A stretch of DNA of 64,000 bases from Eledone cirrhosa (Eukaryota). Below are positions 27,942-41,063 of this stretch, one piece after another. Position numbers and translations under genes: made by a program. Where the stretch lies: contig OZ024743.1 of assembly GCA_964016885.1 (NCBI GenBank), positions 154,070,001-154,134,000 on the forward strand, in the 5' to 3' direction. The notes under the pieces are model-generated. The model saw only the letters and a list, made by a program, of their open reading frames with translations. It did no database searches and was not told the origin of the DNA. Every line of letters starts with the position of its first letter. Position 1 is the first letter of the stretch.

Positions 27942-28412
27942 CTGTGTGCGTATGTGTGTGTTTTGCAAGGTTTTTTATATGGAATCGTGTGTCGAAACAA
28001 ACATTGTTATACTTGGGTAGGGTCATATTGTTGTAACATTGCCAGAAATAATTACAGAACACAACCACTGTTTGGTTCGTTTTCGCTTCTGTATATTTTA
28101 TATCCCCATAGTTTATGTCGTTATCATGTTTCCGCAAGTAACCCCTGTACATAATATGCTATATACTACATTTCCAGTTTTACAGTTTATCTGGGTGTTC
28201 ATTTTACATATAACACATTTCTTATTTGTACAGTGGGTTTTCTTATAGGTGTATGTTTTTCTAATCAGAGATTTTATGGTAGTTACTGGCTTTTCTACCA
28301 CTTTAATCTTTAAGTGGGTCTTTCTCCGTGGCTCCTTTGTATTCTCCGATTCTGTCTCTTTGGTTGTAGCCACTTTAGAAAGCTACTTCATGGTACGGCA
28401 ACCAGATATACC
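27722..28412 (-). mobile_element. Second, inverted copy of the 25765-26492 composite element
   Basis: Reverse-complement match end to end. ORF 28113..28373 matches ORF 25788..26066. Confidence 0.9.
27726..27805 (+). ncRNA. Type I hammerhead-like motif with long stem II and weak stem I (mirror copy at ~26406-26485, minus strand)
   Basis: GAGTC-CTGATGA-(~50-nt imperfect hairpin)-GAAAC TGCA GTA-GGGACAC. Core intact and stem III palindromic, but stem I is out of register. Confidence 0.5.
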
Positions 28413-28469
28413 TGAGTGTCTTTTTCGTGGATCCTACACCTGGAGTGAAATTAGTTAACCAATGTAGAA

Positions 28470-28950
28470 AGGCCTCAAAGAAAGACCCATTTAAAGATTA
28501 AAGTGGTAGAAAAGCCAGCAACTACAATAAAATCCCCAATCAGACAAACATACCTCTTTAAGAAAACTCACAGTACAAATAAGAAATGTTTTATATGTAA
28601 AATGAACCCCAGATAAACTGTAAAACTAGAAATGTAGTCTATCGCATAGGATGTACAGAGGGTACTTGCAGAAACATGACAACGGCATACATAGGTGAGA
28701 CAGCTCGAAATATAGAAGAAAGAATAGACCAACACAGAGGGGAAATAAAATAACAAAACAAAAAAAACGATCAGTATTATACGAACACGCCAGACATAAA
28801 CATGACGGTAATATAGACAACATAGAAATTAAAACAATATCTAAACATAGAAATGACTCAACAAGTAGGCAAATCAGAAAAGCAACTGAGATAGAACTAA
28901 GAAGACCGAAGTTGAACAGAACGACCGAATGGAATAACAATAACCATACC
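28470..28950 (+). mobile_element. PLE GIY-YIG endonuclease fragment (Naiad-like), decayed
   Basis: CKTRNVVYRIGC..., YIGETARNIEERIDQH, RQI...E and LNR..EWN, homologous to 54870-55357. Confidence 0.8.
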
Positions 28951-29002
28951 GAAACAAACAATACTGACTTAAGGGAAATATAAATAGATATATAAATAAA
29001 TA

Positions 29003-29430
29003 TATACATACATACCAACATCAGCATACATCCTACATACATCTCTATCCACATATAAACACAATGACATACGTAAACACACATGTTCTAAGGTGCAACA
29101 CAAATATACACAAATGTGCATACCTTTTGATGTCTATAGATATAAACGTGCCAACACACACCCATACATATACGCACACATGCATTGCACACTGATGGGC
29201 ACATACATATTTGTACACAAGTATTCAAATACGGCAGGGCCTAAGGGATTCCCCCTGCAGTACGTACAATCTGGACACACTCACACACACCTTGGTGTTA
29301 TGACAATATTATATATCATTTCACACCTTTTATTATTAATGTTTTTGATGTTCTCTTGAGAGAACCGTTTTTGCTGCAAATTTCGAATAACGTACACCAT
29401 TTTTACCAGTATCACAAAAATACTGGTCCA

Positions 29431-29495
<65 letters not shown>

Positions 29496-29715
29496 ACACA
29501 CACACACACACACATACACACATATACACACGCACACACATATAAACACACACACATACACACACGTACACTAACATACAAATAGACATATATACACACA
29601 CACACTTCTCCGTATAAGACAAGAGATGAAACATATCTTTCAACATGTTAAAATAGCCCCCACACACGTACAGATACATTCCTACTGACCGATCCCTCTA
29701 CCACGAATGACTCTG

Positions 29716-29750
<35 letters not shown>

Positions 29751-30327
29751 TATTTGTCTTAATAGGCACCTGAACTGTTAACCTTTCCACATGACTGCAA
29801 TTCACACACACATCCCTACTGACCATTATCACAACAATGAACCTCTTTACTACACACACACACACATATTTTTCTTAAAAGACTTATTTTCCAGTGACTT
29901 CTCAATCAGGCGAAAAAGGACACTCTTCGACAAAACTACATTTGGCGCAAAATCAATGTTTAACATTCACGTAACCTCTACAGTCGAATCAAAATTGTTT
30001 TGACAACAAACATTTTTGTAACACGAATTGTCGCGAAACTTATGTTAATACCTCTGGAGCCACTTTTTTCACATAAAAGAGGTTGAATTTCCAAATCTAA
30101 TCAGATTAGAGCAAACATTACGGGCACTCTATCTGAAAAAGTATTTATGAAAAGCATTAGAAATGCGCAACCGGTAAAAATTAAAACTAAAACTGAATAC
30201 TAACCAATACCTATTACTAATGTTTACTTATTCCTAATTAAACTATTTTTCACTGGGAACAATTTGTCAGCATTTTCTTTTCCTTTTACCAATATATCAG
30301 AACTTGTGTTTTACACCTCTATTCTTT

Positions 30328-30415
<88 letters not shown>

Positions 30416-30555
30416 TATATTTATTTATATATGTATATATATATTTATATATATATATATATAAATAAATATTTGCCCTACGGTTCTTATATATTTGATA
30501 TATATTTATCCTTATCGAGCCCTCTTTGGATTTTAGTCTTCAAATTTATTATTAT

Positions 30556-30560
<5 letters not shown>
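29003..30560 (+). mobile_element. Copy of the long 3' UTR of the Neptune-like PLE (inverted relative to 46595-47930)
   Basis: Reverse-complement similarity over ~1.5 kb, including embedded (CA)n and (TA)n tracts. Confidence 0.85.
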
Positions 30561-30635
<75 letters not shown>

Positions 30636-30680
30636 CGTAAAATAAGAAAATTATAAAATTAACTTACTTACTAAAAAATC

Positions 30681-30763
30681 ACTTCCAACTAATTTGTTTC
30701 TGGAATGGAGTAAATATATTTTCCGAAGAAACATATATAAAATCATTCCGTCATCAGGAAAGT
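30681..30763 (-). ncRNA. Type I hammerhead ribozyme (copy with one stem III substitution)
   Basis: Reverse complement of 31328-31410, with GAAACAAATTAGTT in stem III. Confidence 0.7.
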
Positions 30764-31327
30764 CTTTTTCCGTATAGGTCTCCAGGCATAGCGAGGACAC
30801 TGGAAACTTATTAAAAAATAATTCAGTGGAATGGAAATAGCGATGCGTGGACTGGATTCCAAGCCATTGAGAAAATCACTGCCTCTACGTCCGTAGTAAG
30901 TAAGTTAATTTTATAATTTTCTTATTTTAAGTCTCTCATATTATTGTTCTGCAACCCCATGCATTGAACCACATTGTTAATAAGACAAAACCTATATATT
31001 TGCTAGCATTGATATGCATCTGTGTGTATATAAATGTTACTAGATATAAATTCCTTATAATTATCTCCAATTCATTTGTCGAGCAATATTTGGCCATGGC
31101 TGCTACTATGGTAGTAAGCTAGCCGCTGTCTTAATAACCACTCGCTTTCCACTGATTGACCTCGATGTCACGTGATTGATTCTTTTTAAATTTGCCACGG
31201 ACGTAGAGGCAGTGATTTTCTCAATGGCTTGGAATCCAGTCCACGCATCGCTATTTCCATTCCACTGAATTATTTTTTAATAAGTTTCCAGTGTCCTCGC
31301 TATGCCTGGAGACCTATACGGAAAAAG

Positions 31328-31410
31328 ACTTTCCTGATGACGGAATGATTATCCATATGTTTCTTCGGAAAATATATTTACTCCATTCCAGAAACTAATT
31401 AGTTGGAAGT
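31328..31410 (+). ncRNA. Type I hammerhead ribozyme
   Basis: Stem I ACTTTC/GGAAGT; core CTGATGA 31334-31340; stem II GGAATG/CATTCC with a distal cUUCGg loop; GAAA 31391-31394; palindromic AACTAATTAGTT; predicted cleavage after GUU at 31404. Confidence 0.85.
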
Positions 31411-31646
31411 GATTTTTTAGTAAGTAAGTTAATTTTATAATTTTCTTATTTTACGTCTCTCATATTATTGTTCTGCAACCCCATGCATTGAACTACATTG
31501 TTAATAAGACAACACCTATATATTTGCTAGCATTGATATGCATCTGTGTGTATATAAATGTTACTAGATATAAATTCCTTATATATATATACATATATTA
31601 TAATGAAATGACAGGAGGCTGGATTTGTGTAAATCCTTGAAAGGTT

Positions 31647-31717
31647 TATTATACTATGATCATTTCAATGACCGGATTCATACGGAACCCGGTCATTGAA
31701 ATGATCATAGTATAATA
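31647..31717. repeat. Perfect 29-bp-arm hairpin
   Basis: TATTATACTATGATCATTTCAATGACCGG (31647-31675) pairs with CCGGTCATTGAAATGATCATAGTATAATA (31689-31717). Confidence 0.95.
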
Positions 31718-31718
31718 G

Positions 31719-32109
31719 AGAGCATGGAGGAACCTTTTCGTCATAGGGAGTCAGTCTCAGCTAAGATACCTGGCAATGCGTGGACACAGGGAACTTATAC
31801 AAAAATATTCAGTGGATGGAAAAGAGCAAGCGGGGACTAAATACCAGGACACTGAAAAAATCACTGCCTTCTTGTTCGGTGGGAAATTCAAAAGAATCAA
31901 TCACGTGACATCGAGGTTAATCAGTGAGGAGTGGGGTATTAAAAAGTAAGTAGCCAAGCTGTTACTATGAACTATAGTACTAATTTTTGCAAATTTTTGC
32001 TCAACACAATGATTTGGAGATAATTATAAAGAATTAGTATATCTAATTAGTTGGACTGAAATTTAAGTAAGTAAACTAATTACTATAATTTTCTTATTTT
32101 ACGTTTTTC

Positions 32110-32110
<1 letters not shown>
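31719..32110 (-). mobile_element. Diverged subfamily of the 524-bp HHR element
   Basis: Shares AAATCACTGCCT and AATCACGTGACATCGAGGT.AATCAGTG blocks. Terminal piece 32043-32110 is inverted. HHR core decayed. Confidence 0.75.
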
Positions 32111-32140
<30 letters not shown>

Positions 32141-32144
32141 CATA

Positions 32145-32642
32145 CTAGTAGTGGTACTCGGCGGTGCACGGGATAAGGTATTTTGGAACGCAGGCCGCCA
32201 ACAGACCAAATAGTGGAAAAACTACATGCGTGGACAATATGTAAAGAAAATAAAGCGGATACTCTAATGGCTGGATAATCTTTAATATTTCCTCGATGAA
32301 GCAGGACAAATGCAGGTTTTAACCTAATGCGGGCCCTAGGGAATCAAGAAAATGTTTTTTTTTATGTGCATAATATGCCTTGAAAATTAGGAAAAATCGG
32401 CTAGACGTAACGCCTCAAAAATGCCCTAAAAAGCTGAAAAGCTGAATTTTATCATTTAATGCGGGCCCTAGGCCATAAAAAAAGTTGAATTTTTTATGTG
32501 TATAACATTCTCTGAAACAAGTAATACACATGTAAAGTCTGAAAAAAAATCGGTTGGGCACTTCTCGAGTTTTAGAGATTCAAACTCACAGACATACACA
32601 GACACACACACAGAGAGACATCCTCAGTATTATATATATAGA
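32145..32642 (-). mobile_element. Non-autonomous Helitron-like element
   Basis: Minus strand starts TCTATATATATAAT and ends with a GC-rich CCCGTGCACCGCCGAG subterminal motif then CTAG. Inserted between A and T. Confidence 0.7.
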
Positions 32643-32777
32643 TAAATGAGACTAGTAAGACCTTTATTCAACTTATTACATCATAATCTAAGAGTGTAGG
32701 TTTCATGATAAAACACACACATACACATACAAATGCGCGCGCGCACACACACACACACATTCACACACATATATCTA

Positions 32778-34185
32778 CTAGATGGCCCGTCCGGCTGGCG
32801 CTCGGCTAGGTATAGCGTCATTTTATCTTTTCAGGAATCCCCCCTTACACTACAGTGCAAAGATGCCGCACGCCCTCTCAAGTCACCGATGGGGGTGGTT
32901 AACGTGCTCTGATGTTCGGTTTGAATAGTTTTTAGGATACCCCAGTTCAACAGCCAGTACGTTAAAGAAAATTGATAGTTACAACAATAAAGGCTGGACA
33001 GAGAACACATTTTTTAACAAACAATAATTTGTACAACCATAATGTAGATTCCAAGTAACAGAAAATATTTAAATTACACTGTTAAAGCCTCAGAGTATAC
33101 AATATAATTTGTTCGGCCCTCCGGAGCAAAGATGAAGAGATTGTTTGGCGAGCTCACCCTAGCGCATCCTACATACAATTGACCATGGGAGAATCACTGA
33201 TTTCGTAGCTCGTCTCGCGGAGAAGCTCTGTAGACGTTGACCTCTAGACACTCCTGTCAGGAGCATGTAAGCTGTAGTAACTTAGAGGCCTACCACCAAT
33301 CTCCAGGACACTGTTTTCAAGACAAATGAGCACCTCATTGAAAACGACATCGTATGTTACTTTTGCATTGTGTCTGCACGGGCGGTGGAGGATGTCCTCA
33401 GCTAGACTTTCGCGGTAGTTGTTCCACAGTGCAAGAGGGTCGGCGAGATCGCAGTTGTGCAGCATAATAGCAAAATGCTTTCGCAGCCGAGAAGGGGCTT
33501 TAGCAGTTGCTGATTCTTGTAGGGTGAGGTGCCAATGGTTGTCATCGTGTAACATACCACGCATCTGGCAAGCCAAACGGTAAGTGGAACATTGATGACC
33601 ATTGATGGTTCTCAGATCTGGGAAAGACTATGGTCCTCTAACCTCGAACAATAACAATGACGATAAGCTGTCTGTGCTTTCGTGAAATAAATAGGTTTTT
33701 GTGTATGCAAACACATCTGTACAGGAATATATATATATTAAAATAACAGATTAAAGTTTAAGCAAAGAATCGCTGATTTCACCCTTAACGGGATCTTCTG
33801 AAACTAAAATAATCCGTCTGTGAACGCTGATGTAAATATTTCGAAACATGTTATCTAATTCAGACATACAGACATACAGAGACATATTATTAGGGCGTTA
33901 CGTTATAGCTAAGTAGACTAAGAAAAAGAGTGGAATATTGTGCGACGTCATCAAAAAAGTTAGGAATGAAGTGAGGAATGACCGGAAGTATTGACATTTG
34001 AAATTTTAAAGAAGTGAATATTTAAATAATGTCTTTATTCTTTTAACAAATTTCAGTAGACAAAAATACGCTCACTTTTTTACTTGGAAAAAGTTACATC
34101 TATGGTGCAAATTTGGTGCTGTTTGGTCCAGTTGTTCGGCGGGGGGTATGTTACCTACATACGGCCGTCAACTTTATAGTATAGA
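32778..34185 (-). mobile_element. Internally deleted Helitron with Rep/helicase remnants
   Basis: 5' TCTATACTATAAAG; 3' GC-rich hairpin plus CTAG; A|T target. ORF 33244..33576 (AC..RG.L.DD..W...L.E....P..LR..FA....C....P..LW...ESLAED). Pif1 helicase C-terminus SHGQLYVGCARV near 33090-33195. Confidence 0.88.
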
Positions 34186-34255
34186 TGTGTGTATATATAT
34201 ATATATATTTGACGCATTATGTTTGACCCTTGACAATATCTTATTGATATGTCTT

Positions 34256-34632
34256 GTAATAATTGTTTCTACTGTTGGCACTAGGTCAGCAATACGAAGG
34301 GATTATATTAACTGGTACTATTTTAATGACCTCAGAATAATGAAATGGAAAGTTGTCCTCGGTGGAATTTGAACTCGTACTAACATTTCTGTTAATCCAC
34401 CATAATATTACTACTGCTACCAATTATAATATTATTAATAATAATTGTTTCTACTTTAGGCACAAAGCCAGCAATTACCCACTGCATTACTGGTACTTTA
34501 TTTTATCGACCCCGTAAGGATGAAAGGCAAAGTTAACCTCGGCGGGATTTGAACTCAGATAATAAAGGGACGTAACTCTATGCTTCAAAGCATGGTGTCC
34601 GACTCTCTACCGATAGTGCCAATCCACCGCCC
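34256..34632 (-). mobile_element. Two SINE copies in tandem (34256-34400 decayed; 34438-34632 full length)
   Basis: The full copy has head GGCGGTGGATTGGCACTATCGGTAGAG, B-box GAGTTCAAATCC, the central box and tail AGAAACAATTATTATT. Confidence 0.85.
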
Positions 34633-34640
34633 TTAATAGT

Positions 34641-37600
34641 AATAATAATGATAATAATAATGGTTTCTTTATTGACCACAAGGGTTAACAAGAAGAAAAA
34701 CATTAGAGGCGACACAGAACAACAGTACAGGACGATACAAAGTGGGTTTTGGTCGTGTAAAAAATTTATAACAAAATTGGGCTAGAAAGCATAAAAATTC
34801 ACACAAGAACAATTCCCCCAAAAGGGGGAAACCTCCGAGGGTTACTCGTGGCGAAGATCACACAAAAGGCCACGGCCATCCTGACCACCGGGGCAAGCGC
34901 CCTCTCTCAGTTTTACCACATCTCAGTCTACAGGCCATACTCAGCGCGGTCCCGTTCAATCGGACCAGACTCAACAATTTCACCCACCTTTCAACAAACT
35001 TACTAGAAGACAGCACTTGCTTCTCCACCATGACTTTCCTCTTCAAGTGAAACTTGAAAAAGTTAGCCAGGGATTGCTCGAAGCGGAAAGTATCCGTCTT
35101 CATCCCTTTCAACCTTGTCCACCACACGATCTCTTTCGCCATGGCCACCAGGAAGATGAAAACTGCCTGCCCTTCCTCCTCTTTAAAGGAGGATGGTGGG
35201 GCTATCTGCACAATGGACTCAGTCGATAACCGGACCCGTCCTACATGCGACAACAACTGTTTGACATAGCTCCACAAGACAACAATCTTCGGACACTGAA
35301 CGAGTGCGTGCAGGACGGTTTCGTCGTCCTGCTCGCATCTGGGACAGGCTCGGCTGACAGCACCTCCGTGCCTGTAGGGCTTATCCCGAACCGGCAACGC
35401 TTCCCGGTAGCACTGCCAGGCCAGGGATTTCTGGTAGTTGTCTATAGGCCCCGGTCGGAAAGTTCTCATGAAGAGAGCGAACAGCTGATCGTCTTAGACG
35501 CCCAGGGATTCCCCGAGAACGTCGTCGCACATTCCCTCCACTAGCCCTCTATATAACGCCGAGGTGGATGTTCCACCAATACAGGGCCCAGCTGGTAGAG
35601 GGAGGTGAGCGCTTGGAGACATGCCAGCTTCCAAGCGCCATCCCTCGGTCTCTTCCTGATCCAGGACTGCAGCTCCGTCTAGGAGACGAGCTGGGAAAAA
35701 GCGCGTCTGGCAAACGGCGACCACACCTCTCCTCCGTCAAGTAAGCACCAGAGATTGCGCAGCCTCTGCGCATGTTTGCGCATCATTAGCTACGGCATGC
35801 CCAGTCCTCCACGCAACGGGTGCTGACATCAGATAGATCGTTTGACAATGGGAGCACGTTCCTTCCACAAAAAGCGGAAGAGAAGTCCCTCCATTTTGGT
35901 CAGAGTTGGACGGGCGAAATGTAAAACGGTCAGGCGGTAGCAGATGACGAACGCTATGTACGCATTCGCAATCTCCACCCTACCTTTCAGAGACAGCCTC
36001 CTCTCATTCCATTTCTGGGTGAGAGAGGCAACCCTGTTCGTCACCTCGCTCCAGTTGTTCTCCATCTGGAGGTCCGGACTGAACCAGACCCCGATCAATT
36101 TAACCGCTCCCTCCGTCTAACGCCCCACGACGCTGGCGCACAACATGGACTTGCCTCTCCTTGTGCCGAGTTGCAAGCCCACCGACTTTACCTGGTTTAT
36201 ATTTGCTCCTATCACTGCTTCGTATTCCTTGAGAGCGGTGCTGAGCATCTGGACAGGTTTGGTGCTCGAGACCAACACGGTGACGTCGTTAGCATAAGGT
36301 GACACGTATCTCTCACATCTTAGTTCGCGTGGGACCCCCCTCATCGTTTACAATTTGTGTAGTAACGGCTCGAGGTCCAGTACTTACAAGAGGTACGAGA
36401 GGGGCAAACCTGGCGGACCAAGCGCATGATGCTGAAAGGCTGCCACAGGTGACCATTCACCCTCACAATCGAGCAGATGTTTCTGTGCATCAGAGCGATC
36501 CAGCCCCTAAAAACGGGCCCGAAGCCGGCCGCCTCGAAGACCGCAGCCAGGTACCGATGGTCGACCCTATCAGATGCTTTAGATTGATCCAAGTTGATCA
36601 GGGCCCACCCGTGCCAGGTTCCTTAACAACCCACTCTATGATGTATCGCATAAGATGGAGGTTGTCGTGGATGGATCTGTCCGGAATGGCGCATGTCTTC
36701 CGCCTCTTCCACCAGATCACCAACGACAAGCTCCTATCTCTTTGCTGACACTTTGGCCCAAATTTTAAACTCTGGGTTTAGCAAAGTTATGGGCTTGAAG
36801 TTGTCTATAAAGAGTCCCTTGTTCGGGTCTTTTCTCAGCTGCGCTACCGCTCCCCGGCTCACGAAACTGGGAATACTCCCGTTCTGCTGCCAGTTGCAGT
36901 AGAAATCTGCCAAGAGGCCACCGAACAAGTCTGGCATATACACATAAAACTCGTAGTGAGAGACCATCCAAATCTGGCGTTTTACCGCTTGTGCAGACAG
37001 ACAACACTTCCCGTATTTCACCTGCTGTTATCGGCTTTTCGCAGCATTGCGCTACGGTCGTCCAGAGCCGCGGCAGTCCGTTGAGGTATGCAAAGAAGTC
37101 CATACTCCGACCGGCCCGAAGCCGCTTCCAAACAATTGAGTAAGTGCTGTTGAAAAGCCGCGCATATCTGCTCGGTTTCGAGTAGCATACCCCCGTTTTG
37201 ATCATGCAAAGACCGAATTGTGGACTTGTTGCCACGTCGCTCCTCCACCACCCGGGCCCATCGAATGGCTTTCGTCCCCTTGTGTCTTAGAGCACCCGCT
37301 CTATCTCTGACAACTGAGCCTTCATTCTTTGCGTCGCGTGCGAATCTCACCGCAGGCACGTCGGTTGCGATACCTCTCCTAAACGCCTCTTCTAGCTTTC
37401 TAACTAACTCTCCCTCGACACTATTTTCCTCTATCTAAACCTTATCGATTCTACTATCTAAACCTTATCGATTATTTGCTAAACCTTATCGATTCTACTC
37501 TAATAGCCCTTTTCAAGGTATACCACCACCTGTTGTTGAGGATTGCACTCGTCAACGCACTCTTAACTAATTCGCTAATCCGGTATCTGAAAATTTGCGC

Positions 37601-40140
37601 GCCAGGAACGACGCGTTCCCCTTCCAATAGCCGGGCCCCTGCCTATGGTGTCTATCTAAGGCCACTTCACAGATCACAAATTTGTGGTCTGTGTAGTCGA
37701 CTACTTTAAATTGTAGACAACCTACACTAGCCTTATCAGTTCCCAATGCGGTTTGCCCATGTCCACATTGGCACATTCGGATAAACCTGTCTATAACTAT
37801 CAGACATTTCAAAACATCTGAGCAGGTTGTTAAGGCTTTTACACCCTCCTACCCTGTCTACTATCCCCACATAATCCCAGCGTGCATCTAAGATACCGTT
37901 CCAGTCGCCCACTAACACTAAAAAGCGGGACGCTCCATGAAAGGTCTCTAGACGTCTGAAGAAATCTGGCCGCCCTGCCCCTGTTGGGGTGTAGACGGCT
38001 ACTACCCTGAAAGCATTGCCTTAGCTGCCTGTCACATCCAGTACCACTGACTTACATTCTGGGTCCATGAAAATGGCCCGTATGGCGATATCGAAGCCTC
38101 TCCGAAGAGCACAGCAAATCCTCCCTTGATCCTGGACGGCTAGGAGATGCGTATACATCGAAGCCACCGAAGATCGGTGCAAAGGCTCGTGCTTCGGAGA
38201 TTCTGGTCACGCTGATGGCCACCACATCTACGTTTAGTCACCTGAGGTCGTTGAGCAGGTGATCCTGCTTCCAAGATGACCCCAAGTTACGTACATTTAT
38301 ACTGACTATTCTAAGTACGGCCATGTTGGATGATGAACGGGGTAAGTGAGATAGGATCACTTACCCTGATCGTGTGTGGAACGGACATAGATTTCTCGGA
38401 GAGTGACCCCCCTGAAATCCCCAACGCAGTTTCAATTGTTTGTAGACTTCGAGTTAAATTTCGACTACGTTAATGTTTTTTGGTAATGTTCTTGGTGTTG
38501 TTGGGGTATGGTAATTTGAGTTTGTAATGTCTGTGTGGTGTTTTATATGTTTCACTATTCCTTGGTGTGCAAAGCTTATGGCTGTGTACTTTTAGGGGGG
38601 AGGGTGGTTTTGTTGATGTTTTCTTGTTGTTGCTGTAGGGTGTGTATGCTTTGTTGTGTTTGCGATATTGGTGTTTTTCGTGATGCTGGTGGTGGTGTGG
38701 TTGTTGTTGGTGGTGATGCTTGTAGTAGTGATGAGGATGGTGGTGGTGTTGCTTCAAGTATCCTTGCAGCCTTTACCCTTCTTTGTTTGTCTTCGCTTTT
38801 GGAGGATGAAGCTAAGTGTTTTTTTCGTTTTTTATTCGTGGCAGACCTCTTGCCACTTCACTCCCGCCACATACTCCATATCGGATACTGTGGCATCTGG
38901 GTGGGGTATGAGCTCCGCGGCTCTTGGTGGTGGTAGTGGCGCCCGCTCCGGTGACTTTGCCGCCGGTGTAGCTACTCCGACTGTTGGTGTTGCCGCCACT
39001 GCTGCCGCTGTTTTAGTTGTCTGTGGCCTTGGTATGGTTGCCACGGACGTTGCCCTCCTACTCACTATGGAAGGGTCTTCTGCCTCTGTTGCCTGCCCTG
39101 CTCTTGGTACCAGCGGATCAGGCGTCGGAGGAGGGGGAGGGCTCTTCTTGACTGTCTTCTGTGGGCTGAAGGCCCTGAGGTGATCCTTTTGCCCACAGAG
39201 ATAGCAATTTGGGCACCTTCCTTCCACGCTTATAGCGAGTTGAAGACCTTCCTCGAGGTCTATGATATCTGGGATGGCCTCGATGCCCTCTTGGTCAGTC
39301 TGTATTAGCATGTTCATGCCTATTCCTGACCAGTTCTCTCTTCCCATTCTCTGTATTTGCAGTATGGTTGTCTTCTCCTCTATTCCAACCAGTACAGACG
39401 TGGCCAGCCAAGGTATGGGCACGTCGGGCAGGACCTGGGTCACTTCGACTCTCACAATTTTCTGCCCGCAGTAGGAGGGCACCAAGACTATCTCCTCACT
39501 CTTGAGGGTTTCCAAAGAGTGAGACTTCGCCTCTTTGGGGCTGGCGAAATCTACGTCTACTGTGCGTACTTTTGCCTCGGGTTATGTGGGTTTTGCGCGC
39601 ACAGACGTACCCCAAGGCTTTTTGGATTTGAGCATCCGTGGCTCTCTCCACCCGATGAGATATTTTTCTTACGGTGCGGTAAGTCACAGTGCGCAGCTGC
39701 TAGTCTTTGAAGAAATCGGGTGGAGGTTTCAGGGAAACTCTATTGTCATTTCTTGTCACCATAGCTCTTGCGACTGCAATCTCCTCCTCCGTGACTAGCA
39801 CTGTCTCTATATTTCGGGCCACACTTGCGAAAGAGGTGGCCCCTTTTTCAGCAGCACCATTATTGCTGCAGCTACTGTTGCTACTGCTGTAGTTGTTGTT
39901 GCTGCTGCTGTTGTAACTGCTACAATCGTTGTTGTTGGTGTAGTTGCTGTTATCACTGTTGTAGTTGGTTGTGTTTTAGTGCCATCGTTGTTGTTGTTTT
40001 CGGTGCAATTTGTATTGTTACTGTTGGTGTTGTTGTTGTTTATTTTCTTGTTAGTGGTGTTATTATCGTTGTTGCATTTATTGTCATTTTTTTTCTGTCG
40101 TCTGTATTTTGGTTGTCGCTATTATTGTTGTAATTGGTGT
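34641..40140 (-). mobile_element. Near full-length Tx1/L1-group LINE, diverged subfamily, disabled
   Basis: ORF1 38832..39515 with CYLCGQKDHL knuckle. APE (GDWNGILD, WTW, GYWK). RT (FKPITLLN, DQSKASDRV, YANDVT). C-terminal CPRC..ET..H....C. Colinear with 19698-25250. 5' boundary approximate. Confidence 0.92.
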
Positions 40141-40159
40141 GGTAATATTTTCAAAATTA

Positions 40160-40710
40160 GTGCCGATGACAAATCGTCATCCATTTGTTCAACACTGGCA
40201 TTGAGGAACAATCAACCTGTTTATGGGTCATTACCCTTCACCGGGACTGTATACCTCTGCCATTCTGTTGAACGGCTTAAAATATATATTTTCTTAAGTA
40301 CACATCGGCCGAGTAGCCTCATTTGTATACCGAGCGAGTTACGTATGACGTGTCGAAAACTAAAAATAAAATAAACACTTTATTTCTCGCCCTAGGACCA
40401 CTGATACATAAATGTAAGTATGCATACGTACGCGCATACACACTCTCACACACATACACATTTATATATATATATGTACGTATGGGTTATATCGAACATT
40501 AATAATATTATTCGATTCGTTTGTAAACAAATGGCCCGATTAAAGCTGTGCCGTGCCGATGAAAAATGTTCAACACTAGCATTGAGGAACAATCAACATG
40601 TTTCTGAGTAACTACTCTTCATCAGCACTGTATACTTCTGCCAATCGGTTGAAAATATTATTTTCTTAAGTACAGATCAGCCGAGTAGCTTCATTTGCAT
40701 ACCGAGTGAG
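40160..40710. repeat. ~170-bp direct repeat pair (40160-40338 and 40553-40710)
   Basis: GTGCCGATGA...TGTTCAACACT.GCATTGAGGAACAATCAAC...CATTTG.ATACCGAG occurs twice. Confidence 0.8.
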
Positions 40711-40726
40711 AAATAAAATTCTAATG

Positions 40727-40772
<46 letters not shown>

Positions 40773-41030
40773 GGTAAAATGGTAGCGTAATAATATCTAG
40801 AATTGTCTGTTAAAAATAAAAAAAACAGAATACTCCCAGAATTTGAGTAATCGAAAAAAGAAAATTTCGGGAAATCTGTCGTAACTTTTAAAATAAATGA
40901 AAAGGTATGAAATCAATTTGTTGTGATACAATAACTATACCTTAAACGACACTTAAAGCATTTTAGATATCAAGGTATCAAAGCTTTATAACATGTATTC
41001 TCCATTCATAACAATTTCGAATATACACAG

Positions 41031-41063
<33 letters not shown>

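Larger units (their letters stand above)
30628..31583 (+). mobile_element. Non-coding HHR-containing element (retrozyme-like): inverted partial copy, full 524-bp monomer, partial monomer
   Basis: Monomer 30894-31417 restarts at 31418-31583. 30628-30894 is the reverse complement of 31197-31463. Embedded in (TA)n. No meaningful ORF. Confidence 0.85.

Noticed and set aside
34600-34632. tRNA gene
   Set aside because: The A/B boxes belong to a SINE head and there is no cloverleaf.
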